From: Ginglymostoma cirratum | Taxonomy: Eukaryota | NCBI GenBank assembly: GCA_024137785.1 | Contig: JAHRHZ010000062.1 | Coordinates: 36,441,424-36,505,423 of the forward strand | Length of the DNA stretch: 64,000 bases | Reading direction: 5' to 3' | In this document: positions 53,348 through 64,000 of the stretch, piece after piece | How positions within the stretch are numbered: position 1 is the first letter of the stretch | How the letters are laid out: every line of letters begins with the position of its first letter | Position numbers and translations under genes: made by a program | Notes under the pieces: generated by a model | Database searches by the model: none | What the model was told of the DNA's origin: nothing | The model's input: only the letters and a program-made list of their open reading frames with translations

Positions 53348-53712
53348 GTTTTTTTTTTATTCATTCACGGGATGAGAGTGTCGCTGGCCAGACAGCATTT
53401 ATTGCCCATCCCTAAACACCCAGAGGGCAGTTAAGAGTTGACCACAATGCTGTAGGTCTGGAATCACACGTAGACCAGGCCAGGTAAGGATGGCAGTTTC
53501 TTTCCTTAAAAGGACATTAATGAACCAGATGGGTTTTTCTGGCAATTGACAATGGATTCATGGTCATCATTCGACTCTTAATTCCAGACTTTTTAAAAAT
53601 TGAATTCAAATTCTACCATCTGCTATCGTGGTATTCAAACCCAGATGCCCAGAACGTTATCTGGGTCTCTGAATTAACAGTCCAACAATAATACCACTAG
53701 GCCATTGCCCCC
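53348..53712 (-). mobile_element. tRNA-derived SINE sharing its 3' tail with the LINE at 30710
   Basis: The - strand head is ggggcaatggcctagtgg..gggtttgaatacc; the tail ttattcattcacgggatg..cagcatttattgcccatcccta matches 30716-30773. Confidence 0.8.
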
Positions 53713-53970
53713 CTGTGGTGTGGTGAACATTGGTTTTTAGGCTGGAAGCAAATACAGGTTGGTGACCCCTGGAGATCACTTTTTATCTCTTTTTAGTCAG
53801 GCTTGGATATATGTCCATAATCCTAAAGTTTGCAAATGACATGAAACTTTGAAATGTAGTAAACAGTGAGGAAATAACAATAGGCTGCAGGAAATGATAG
53901 GCTAGTGCAGATGACAGACACAGGGCAGCTAAGTTGAGGTTGGTTGTCTCGCTGAGCTAGTTTGTTGCTT

Positions 53971-54012
53971 TGCAGACGTTTCGTTACCTTGCTTGTTAAC
54001 ATCCTCAGTGCA
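53971..54012 (-). ncRNA. Minimal type I hammerhead ribozyme motif (PLE type)
   Basis: UGCA-CUGAGGA-U-GUUA-ACAAGCAAGG-UAAC-GAA-ACGU-C-UGCA: full core, 4-bp stems I and II, palindromic ACGU in place of stem III, GUC triplet. Confidence 0.8.
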
Positions 54013-54468
54013 GCCTCCGACGAAGCGTCGGTGTGTTTTCCCGCCTGGTTTTTAAACCCTGGGGTCCGTTGAGATGGATTGCCTCACTTCCGGTTTTCCT
54101 TCGTAGTGGAATGTATATGGGGTCGCGTTCAATGTGTTTATTAATAGCATGCTTCGTGGAGTGCCATGCTTCCAGGAATTCTCGTGCTTGTCTCTGCCTA
54201 GCCTATTCCAGGATCTTGGTGTCCCAGTCGAAGTTGTCCCATGACTTCGATTGGGACAACACCAAGATCCTGGGATAGGCTAGGCAGAGACAAGCACGAG
54301 AATTCCTGGAAGCATGGCACTCCACGAAGCATGCTATTAATAAACACATTGAACTCGACCCTATATACATTCCACTATGAAGGAAAACCGGAAGTGAGGC
54401 AATCTATCTCAATGGACCCCAGAATTTAAAAACCAGGTGGGAAAACACACCGACTCTTCGTCGGAGGC

Positions 54469-54510
54469 TGCGCTGAGGATGTGAGCAAGCACGGTAACGA
54501 AACGTCTGCG
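54469..54510 (+). ncRNA. Minimal hammerhead ribozyme motif, weakened stems
   Basis: UGCG-CUGAGGA-U-GUGA-GCAAGCACGG-UAAC-GAA-ACGU-C-UGCG: core intact, two G-U pairs in stem I, one mismatch in stem II. Confidence 0.65.
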
Positions 54511-55911
54511 GAACAACAAACCAGCTCAGCGAGCCAACCAACCTCAACACCCACAACCCGAGCTACAGATCTACTCCAAAACCTTAGACATGACAGCTAA
54601 ATCGAAAAGAATTGGCTAAAGTTACATATTTTGGTTGGAAGAACGAGAAAAACATGAATTAAATGATACAATTGTAAAGGGGTGCAGAAATAGAAATTTT
54701 TGAAGGTGGCAAGATACATTGACAAAGCTGCCAAAAGAGCATTTAAGATCATTGGCTTTATAAATAGAGAAGAAAAGAAGTTATGTGAGACTTTATCCAA
54801 ATTATCGGTTAGATTGGATTACTGTGTTCGGTTCTGGGAACCACACAAAAGGAAAAATGTCAAAACCTTTGAGAGATACAAAAGAGCTTTACTAGAATGG
54901 TACTTGGGATGTGGGACTTCAGTTATTTGGAAAGTCTTGAGAATATGTGGTTTCTCAGCTGCGAGTAGAGATTGAAGTATATTGTGTTGTAAATCACAAT
55001 GGCTTTTGAAAAAGTAAATATGGAGAATCTGTTTCTAATGTTAACACAGTTGGTAACCAGAAGTATGTAGATTTAATGTCAGAGGTGACATGAGAGATCT
55101 TTTTCCCAGAATGATATGTTTTGCTCTGGAAGTACAATTTTAAACGACGTGGTAGTAGACTCGATAATAACTCTCAAAAGGGAATTAAAATGCACTTGAA
55201 AGAAAAAGAAAATGCTGTCCTTTCAAAAAGCTATCATAGATATGATGAGACAAATAATTCCTTTTGCACTGTCTTATTCTATGATTCTAGAAGCTACAAT
55301 GATTCCCAATATAAGGTCCCAAGGCTATACTAAATTAATAAATTTCATACGGGACTATAGTTCATTTTCCTAGGACGAAAGCAATATCTTGTAAGGAAAG
55401 ATTGAGTAAGTTGAACCTGTATTTATTAGTGTTTAGATGAGTGAGAGTTGATCTTATTGAAACATGGAAGATTCTGGGGGTACTTCACATTGAGAGGACT
55501 TTTTCTTCCCCTTTTGGGAGAAACTGGAATTAGGGAATGCAGCTTTAAGATAGGACCTCTCCCATTTAAGTTAGAGATTAGGGGAAATATTTTCTCTTAG
55601 GATATTGTTCTGTGGAGATCAGTTGGGGCAGAGTCTGTGAACAGGGAGTCAGAGTGTGTAGGAGTAGTCAGGAAAGTAGAGCTAAGTTCACAGTCAGATC
55701 AGCTATGATCTTATCCAATGGCGGACAGGCTCAAGAGGCCAATTGGTCTATTCCTGCAAACAATTTATGTATTTATATACTTGTATATAAGGCAATTGGT
55801 CTCTGTAGTCCCGCACTGGGGAAAAACATGGCATTTGTCTAGGTTTTCACTTCGGATCATTCAGCAAATTAATTAGATTTATGTATTAAATAAAGCATAA
55901 TTTTCATAAAT

Positions 55912-56263
55912 GGAATCCTCACAGTTTGGAAACAGGCCATTCGGCCCAACAAGTCCACACTGACCTTCAAAGAGCATCCCATCCAAACCCATTTCCCTAC
56001 CCTATCCCTGTAACTGTGTATTTCCCATGGCTAATGCACCTAACCTACACAACCCTGAACACTACAGGCAATTTAGCATGGCCGATCCATCTAACCTGCA
56101 CATCTTTGGAATGTGGGAAGAAACTGGAACACCCGGCAGAAACCCACACAGACACGGGGAGAACAAGCAAACTGCACACAGATTGTTGCCTGAGGTCAGA
56201 ATCGAACCCGAGTCCCTGGCGATTTGAGGCAGAAGTGCTAACCACGGAGCCAGTGTGCTGCCC
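55912..56263 (-). mobile_element. HE1-type V-SINE
   Basis: The reverse complement has the head gggcagcacactggctccgtggttagcac, ggttcgattc and the V-domain. Confidence 0.9.
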
Positions 56264-57318
56264 ATTTTCATTAGTATGTTGGTATTTTGAAATCTCTGAT
56301 AAGTGCAAGTGGTCTTACTTGAAACATGTAAGATCCTGAGGGATTTTGCAGGCTGGATGCTGGAACTAATAGGCCACAATTTAAAAATAAGGGGACTCCA
56401 ATTTAAGACTGAGATGAGGATAGATTTTTGTTTCTCAATGGGTCATAAATAATTCAATGGATCTCTTCCAGAAAAAGCAGTGGAAGCAGCTACATGATGG
56501 GCCAAGGACGTGTCCATAAGATGCCCTGGAACAGAAAATTATCAGTTTATCTGCTAAATAAACCTATTTGATATTTTCAGGAAAATTAAAGCTCAGTGAC
56601 TTGCCAGTCAAGAATGCGAGTAGTAATTGGGTTAAGGAAAGCAGCACAAGAACATGGTAGGGGTGCATGGTACTGTGGAATTGAGAACATAATCAGATCA
56701 TTCTCCTCCCCTGTAATGCTTTTCAGGACATAGTTTAGTGGTTAGTTATAATTTCGAAGCACCATCTACCGGAATTGAATTACCTACACAACAGAGGAAT
56801 CAATTCAATGCTTCAGTGATTCTGAATACAGCACAGCTGCTGAGGAACTGAACTTCATCCATTTTGCATCAGTAGAATAATTTACATTATACTCCAAAGA
56901 ATGCAATTACTGCAACCCCAGGTTCAGAACTAAAGCGAGTTTTATCTTGTTTTTTTGGTCTAATCTCATGATTTCATTTGAATTTTGCTATGTTTCTATT
57001 TAATGGTCACTTTTGCAGATTTTATTATTTATGGCAATAATGATTAACATTTTTTGATTTCTAACATGGCTTCCATAACATGTAGTATTTGCAAGATTAA
57101 AATGTTGTTTTCTCTTTCTATCAGTATTTCTTGTGAATTGCCGTGATGAGTGCAAGAAAGCTTTAATTTTTTTCAGCATAACTCGATCAACCTTTCTCAG
57201 CCATAGTATATTGCAACGTATCTATACTTTGACATTATTTAATACAGTATGCCGCTATAGCCATTGAACAAATCTGGCTAAGTACCAATATTATTGAAAT
57301 GAAGTATTTTCTTTTCAG

Positions 57319-57417
57319 CTTTATGCTCGCTCCCATGTCTAAATGCAGGAATATGTGTAAATATGGACCAATGTGACTGCACTGAATTTGAGGCAAATGG
57401 AACACGATGCCAAACAG
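57319..57417 (+). CDS. OTOG: Otogelin coding exon 5 (EGF-like domain)
   Basis: LCSLPCLNAGICVNMDQCDCTEFEANGTRCQT (human [26 protein letters not shown], recalled); AG/GT boundaries, phase 1 to 1. Confidence 0.92.
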
Positions 57418-58381
57418 GTACAAATTTAACAAAAAGAGAAATTCCAATAGCAACTTTTAAATCTATAATGCCTCATTATTAAAATTTTACATTTATAAAT
57501 GTTCGTGCAGTAAGCTAATTGTACAAGTGTTTAAAAATAATTTGTCAGGTATTTTCATTTAGCTAACTGAAATAAGTACTTTAGTATATATGGTATTTCT
57601 GATTTATATGACCAAAAGCCATTTTTGAAATTAGGAAGTATCAGATGAGCAGAATTATTGATTTGTATTCGTGCTGAAACAAGGGTTAATCTTGATTTTC
57701 GGTGATAACTATTATTTTATGCCATCAGATTAGCCACCTGTTATATAGCTTTTCCAGTTTTTATTTTCATTAACTACAGAAATACAATTTCACTTAATGT
57801 CAAATTTAGTCCAAAAGATATGATAAAAAATTATTTTAGCCAGTAAGTTCTATTATCTAAATTTATACGTTTATGTACCAGTCCACACTAAATGTAGAAT
57901 TAAAAAAAAAAATCAGAGAGAAACTGAGCCTGATGGTATGTGAAAAGTGCTTTTATAATGGTGTGCATAAATTCAGTATGATCATTATCTCTCCATTCAG
58001 AACTTTGTATTTAATTTTGATTTAAAAGAGAGTTTTAAAAATACACATCTTTTAAAGTTCACATTATATCAAATGTAATGCAATTTTCATCCTGAGATAT
58101 TCCTATATATATAATGCTCCAGGGATAGTAAAATGTAACCTTTGATGAATCTGTGAAGGGTAAGTGATTGGAAACTGATTTGGATAATTTGCTTTAATGT
58201 AAATCAGGAATAATATGTATTAGTTTGAAATTTAATGGATTGACAAATGTACTTTTTATCCATGCTTGATTGTCAAACGCATCAAAATAAATTAATCTGT
58301 TCGGTTTGAAGGTTGGTACAGAATTATTTTAAATATTTTCTAAATTTTTTAAAAAACAAGTAACTATTATCTATTTTGCAG

Positions 58382-58536
58382 TTCCCAATAAAGGTAGCAG
58401 TCGTGATTTGATCTGCCGAACTTGGGGCCAGTACAATTATGAAACATTTGATGGACTTTACTATTATTATCCTGGAAACTGCACATATACACTAGTGAGG
58501 GATTGCACACAAAATCAGCAGAGCTTCTCAATTCAG
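58382..58536 (+). CDS. OTOG: Otogelin coding exon 6 (start of VWD1)
   Basis: [51 protein letters not shown]; ttttgcag acceptor and gtaaca donor. Confidence 0.95.
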
Positions 58537-58974
58537 GTAACAGCGATTGAATGTAACATGCTTTTGATGTTATTGCAGTGTTGGTCATTTGTTCTCAGAA
58601 TGTGGTGATACTGACAGACTTAATTTTGTCTCTTGTTCTTAGTTCCTTCGAGAAGTTTGTTGGTGTTCTCCTTGAATAGTTGCGGTCTGGTATAGATGGT
58701 TCTCTGAAAATAACAAAGATAAACAGAACTTTAACGTAGCCATGGTAAAAGACTATGGCTGAGCCAGGATTGCTGACAGCCTGGAGGGAAGTTGTAGGTT
58801 ATTGCATTCCTGTTCTGAGGCTACACTTACACTAATTTGTGATAGATGTTGTAGAGCTGGGAGGTACTGACAATGTCGGTATTTTTCGTCTTTCATGTGT
58901 GATAACTTCCTGAACAGGTTGATCAGTAAATACCTTTAGCAGCACTGAGAAAGGAAGAAATAGAAGCAGGGAGA

Positions 58975-59082
58975 ATTCTTGTGGTGCATTGGTAGTGTCG
59001 TTACCTCTGGGCCAGGAGGCTAGGGTTCAAATTCCCTCTGCTCCAGAGATGTGTAGTAACATCTCTGAACAGGTTGATTAGA
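58975..59082 (+). mobile_element. Short tRNA-derived SINE
   Basis: gtggtgcattggtagtgtc..gggttcaaattccc..ctctgaacaggttgatta; related copies at about 8320-8428 and 25742-25850. Confidence 0.7.
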
Positions 59083-59104
59083 AAGTCTAAAACAGCAAAA
59101 ACAA

Positions 59105-60120
59105 AAACAATAGCAGGAGTAGTCTATTCAACATCTCGAGCCTGTCCTGCATTTCACAAGATCGTGGCTGATCTGTTTCAGGCTTCAACTCCTCTTTTGT
59201 GTCAACTGCTTATAGCCCTCAACCCTTCAGTATTTCAAAAATCTAACTACCTCCTCTTTAAATGCATTCAGTAATCAAGCCGCCACAACTCTCTGGGGTA
59301 AATAATCCCAAACATTCAGCACTCTTGGGAGAAATTCCTTCGCATTTCAGTTTAAATCAGTGTCCCGTTATTCTGTGACTATGTTCCCTAGTTTGAGATT
59401 TCCTCTTCTCAACATCTACCCTATCAAACCTCACAAGAATGTTGTTGTGAATTAGTTCATCAAAACTTGACTGAATAAAAGTCTAACCTGTTTACATGTT
59501 CTTGGTAAGTCAACCCTTTCATCTCAGTCTAGTGAATCTGTTTTGAAATGCTTCCAAAGCCAGTATATCCTTTCTTAAAATACAGGACTTAACACAGGAC
59601 TGTAACGTAGCCACGGCAAAAGACTATGGCTGAGTCAGGATTGCTCACAGCCTGGACAGAAGTTGTACACAGTAGTCCAGCTGTGGCCTCACTAATACCC
59701 TGTACAGTTGTAACAAGATTTGTTTAACTTTAAACCCTAACCCCCAGCAATCAAGGCCAACATTCCATTTGCTGCCTTGATAATTTTTTTTTTTTAAGCT
59801 GCATGCTGACATTTTGTGTTTCTTGCACAAGAATACCCAGATTCCTCTGCTGAACATTTTTGGTTGTCTCTGACCATTTAAATAATAGTCTGCCTTTTTA
59901 TTCTTCCTACCAAAGTGCATGACCTCATATTTTCCTAGATTAAACTCCATCTGCCAGGTTTTTCCTATTCACATCACCTACGTCAATCCTCTTGGAATCC
60001 TCACAGATTCCTGTGACCACGTTATGACATGTTCTCCCACCTACTTTGTATCAACAGCAAATTTGAACACATCACACTCTATGCCTTCCTCAAAATTATT
60101 AGTATAGATGATAAATAATT
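59105..60120 (-). mobile_element. Degenerate CR1 3' part
   Basis: ORF 59645..59950 'MEFNLGKYEVMHFGRKN..LYRVLVRPQLDYCVQ'. Confidence 0.82.
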
Positions 60121-61491
60121 TGATGGTAATTTAGAAGAGGGACGAGTGGAACTGGCATGTGGAAGGACCTTTTTAAGACTGAGCAGTTAATAAACTCTAT
60201 CCACGAAGAAGGGTGGTTTGGTTTCTTTCACATGGATAGGTTTGGATCTGAATAGACACAGGGCAGTCTGTAGATTGTAAGTATTGAGGCTGTAGTACAT
60301 CAATAACACGATTTTCTTTTGCTATATTTTATTTTCTTCACTTTCTGTAGGCTGTATGCACCATTGCTTGACCAACATTTATTGCCAACCTCATTGCCCT
60401 TAAGTAGGTTGTGCTAACCTCCCTTTTTTAATCATTACAGTCCTCGTGTGCACAGTGCTGCTAGAAAGGGAGATCCAGGTTTTTTGCCCAGAAACAGTGA
60501 AGTGATGACAATGTAATTCCAAGTCCTATTTGCATTTCCAGTAAACTCGAAGATGCAGTTCTTCCAGATGGAATTGAAATGCTTCCGCCTCGGCCAAGCA
60601 TATTGACTCTTTGCTTAAAATATGGTGCCTGGTTTCTGGTCATTTTTGATTCCTTCTTCAAGCGCCATTATGTCTCTGAATTATAAACCCTGGTGGTGGA
60701 TCTGAACAGGCTCTTGGACCAGATCCTGTTGCAACTAAACCTGATTCTGGCCTCTCCAAAAGTTCCCACACCCATACTTTCCAATATAAGTGTCAGGAAG
60801 AAGAACCAAGGCTGACATTCCATTCTTTATCTGTACAACATGAAGACGAGTTATATTGCTCTTTCTATCTGTCATCTGAGTTAAAACAGATTGTTTGAAT
60901 ACAGATGGGATAGAACTTTATTTCTTGATAATGCAGATATTCATTGGATTAATCAGACGATACATTTAATTATTTTAAAGACATTGACGTTTTCCCAGAT
61001 AAGTGTTCAAATTTACTTCTTTTCAATGTGATTGTTACTGTATTTGATATTTAATGCGTAGTTTTAAGGCCTCATAGATCCTTTTACCATGGTCTAATTA
61101 AAATTGTTTTCCCATCACTTTCTTTTGCCAGTAAATCAGATCAACAGTACAAGGCCCATTTGTGTCTTATTTTACAGGAATCAATCTAAATTGGATGCAC
61201 CCAACGGAATTTCCAACATTTAGGGAGGTTTATTTAGAATCACTTTTATTGAAGCAAAGTCTATGCTAAGATATTTGCACATGATAATTGTGAATTGTGA
61301 GCTTTAAAATATAAGAACAATTTTGTTTAATTGCAATATTCTACTACAGAAGGGATCTGAAAGTATCCATTTTTGATCAAATGTCTATTGTTGTTTACAA
61401 TGCAGTTTACGTCCTGAGATAGAAGACTGAAAGGAATATGGAAAGAATTTAGTTAACAGAAAATTTGGTACATAAAAACTAAACTTAACCC

Positions 61492-61848
61492 GGGGCGGCA
61501 TGGTGGTTCAGTGGTTAGCACTGCTGCCTCACAGTGCCAGGCACCCGGGTTCGATTACAACCTTAGGTGACAATCTGTGTGGAGTTTGCACATTCTCCCT
61601 GTGTCTCTGTGTGGGTTTCCTCCGGGTGCTCCAGTTTCCTCCCACAGTCCAAAGATATGCAGGTTAGGTGAATGGCCATGCTAAACTTCCCAAAGTGTCC
61701 AGAGATGTGCAGGCTAGATGGATTAGCCATGGGAAATGCAGGGTTGCAGGGATAGGGTTAGGTGGTGTGTTGGGGTGAGATGCTCTTTGGAGCGTCAGTG
61801 TGAAGCCAATGGGCCAAATAGCCTGTTTCCACACTGTAGGGAGTCTAT
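61492..61848 (+). mobile_element. HE1-type V-SINE
   Basis: ggggcggcatggtggttcagtggttagcactgctgcctcacag..gggttcga, V-domain and tail. Confidence 0.92.
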
Positions 61849-63745
61849 AAATCCAGTTTTATTTTTATGCCATTCTTAATTTTAATTAGTCCTTAGAAGT
61901 ATTTTATGAAAGCCAAAATAAATTCCTCTAGTTTTTACAATTGTCATCATATTTGTAAACCTATCAAATAAATAAAATTATTCCTGCAGCTTCTAGCAAC
62001 TGTGTGTAGACTTGCCTTGATTCATCAGGACATGCTGTGGGATGCTAACATATGGTGTCATTTAGTGATAACTATACAAAAAATATGTCCCCCCATGAGA
62101 TTCTTAGATAGAACAGTTAAACAAGGTAAATGGAAGTCAGTGTTGTATTAGGAATTTTTTTATTGACTTAACAAAATGAGCAATAAAAATTAATTGAACT
62201 GAAATTAAAAATTCATGAGGTTTCCTTCCCTTTATTCTGCTGGAGCTATTACATAAATCAATGTCAGAAAGATTTAAACCAATATTTCACAAGATAAACA
62301 GTTGGGAACTGTATGTTAAAACAACATCATAAGATAAATGAAAAAGATTTATCAATGTTATCGACGTTCCAAGGTTCTGAAGCACGCTCCTATATATTGG
62401 TTTCACATTTTTTAATACAATGCATTTAAAATGGATAACTAAATAATTTGGATAAATAGAAGTGGACAATTCCGACTCTTGTAATGAGCAGCAGAAAAAC
62501 CATTGCATATAGATCGTTTTGTGATGCAAGTTGCATAATATATATTAATGTCATTTTTGGAATTAAATTAATTTGAAAAGAGGAGGCATATGGATGTCTG
62601 TTAGTTCTGTGAAGCTGTTATTTATGTAAAAATGTCGAAGTCATTTTGGGACAATGAACTATATGCACCCATTCTAAGAAACCTTGGAGTTTTAATAGAA
62701 TAAGATGTTTATGCTTTTGGGTTTATGATTGGCAGTGTAAACATGTTAAGTCATTTGTTTTCAGTTTTGTTCAGAGAACATTGGTGATTTAATTCAGAAG
62801 AATTAAGCATCGAATTCAGAAGCAAGTGTTATTTTCTGTCCTAGCAGATTTTAGTTCAATTCAGAGGAAACCAGTCACTGCAGCAGCAGTTTTTTTTCTA
62901 GTTTTAGTTCCCGAGCCAGGGGGCCTTGGGATAGATTTAAAATGGGGGAAAAAAAAGTTTAAGCTATTACATTGTGAAAGATTTATACTATCTTAGTTGG
63001 AGAGGAATTGAAAAAGGGATTTCCACAGTTCGTGATAGAGAAGCTAGATTGAGTCAATTTAGCAGAAAACTGAGTTAACATAGCACTATAATTTTCTGAT
63101 TTGAGTCTTTATAATGGATAATGTTGGGAAACAAGTTGGAACTTCATTTTTATGACTCAGTTAATATCTTTATTATTGCATTGTGTATAATAGCTTGGTT
63201 TCTTTGTTTTCTTTCTTTTGTGTACTAATCTTGTATTATGAGGTTAAATGTAATCTGCAAATTTCTGTGAATATGTTTTCGTAACTAATGAGATATTAAA
63301 AAAAATCTGTCAAGCTAGGGTTCAATCTGGGATCTACCTTGACCACTAGTGCCATCAGCTGTTCACTAACAACCTTACTTTCATCAATTGCTGCTACCTG
63401 ATGGACAAATATATCTTGGTTTCTAAAACAAATTCATCATGCAATTGGTTTAAATACTCTTTGGTAATTATGCTCTTTAGACAGTATTTTTGTGTTCTGG
63501 AGTGGTCTTCATTATTGAGTTACTAGGCTGAGGCAGACAGATCTCATATATTTGAGATGTTTAATCCACTTTCTTGAAAACAGAAAAATTAAGCTCCTTT
63601 CCCATGGTTAGATTTATGCTTGGGGGTTTCCAGAGGTAGTGAAGAGTAACCAATATGTATGCAGTTTTGCTGCGGTACTGCTAAACTAAGATTATTTCTA
63701 AGTCAACATTACTGACTTGTCAATGCCATATTTCCTATTCTGCAG

Positions 63746-63867
63746 GTTCACAATGACCCAACATGTCAATCTTCTCCATATACTTGTCAGCGATCAGTCA
63801 GCTTGTTCCTTACATATGAAGGGGAAATTATTCTACAACGCCATGAAGTCATCCACCATGGACAAAG
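63746..63867 (+). CDS. OTOG: Otogelin coding exon 7 (VWD1); the gene continues beyond the window
   Basis: [40 protein letters not shown](R) (human OTOG [22 protein letters not shown], recalled); ctgcag acceptor and gttagt donor. Confidence 0.95.
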
Positions 63868-64000
63868 GTTAGTATTTTGCTTCAAAAAATGCCCAATTCT
63901 TCTGGGTATTTAAAGTTGTTCCAGATAAAAACCTTGTGTTGAAAATTTATTTAGATAGGAATAATTCTTTTCATTGTGACCTAATATCACTAAATCAATC

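Larger units (their letters stand above)
53933..54584. mobile_element. Penelope-like element 3' end duplicated as a long inverted repeat
   Basis: Arms 53933-54234 and 54244-54548 with a 9-nt spacer. The + arm encodes 'HDFDWDNTKILG*ARQRQAREFLEAWHSTKHAINKHIELDPIYIPL', typical of a PLE C-terminus. Confidence 0.88.

Noticed and set aside
61492-61565. tRNA gene
   Set aside because: A and B boxes are present, but the sequence runs into the V-SINE body; it is a SINE head.
57319-63867. OTOGL, VWF, mucin or SCO-spondin as the identity of the VWD gene
   Set aside because: SFSIQ|VHNDP.C.SSPYTC and adjacency to USH1C fit OTOG better.
1-64000. CRISPR array, rRNA or prokaryotic/viral operon
   Set aside because: No regularly spaced repeats, no rRNA-like sequence and no long intact ORFs; the window is intron-rich vertebrate DNA.

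Overview
Vertebrate genomic DNA, very probably an elasmobranch (shark), judged from HE1 V-SINEs, HER1/CR1 LINEs and a DeuSINE. Two deafness-associated genes sit head to head about 16 kb apart. On the - strand is coding exon 1 of USH1C/harmonin (25292-25327, MEKKVAREFRHK). On the + strand are seven phase-consistent 5' coding exons of otogelin, OTOG (43382-63867), covering a signal-like N-terminus, an RQKR site, an EGF-like domain and the start of the first VWD domain. The rest is a nested set of decayed CR1, L2 and Rex1/Babar LINEs, tRNA-derived SINEs, a decayed PIF/Harbinger transposase and many Penelope-like element (PLE) fragments. The most interesting signal is a set of short, often palindromic PLE-derived elements with minimal hammerhead ribozyme motifs. 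One motif looks fully intact and lies in a ~300-bp-arm inverted repeat in OTOG intron 4. There is also a complex palindromic rearrangement inside a CR1 and a possible internal OTOG promoter. All calls were made by eye and from recalled family consensus sequences, so repeat boundaries are approximate.
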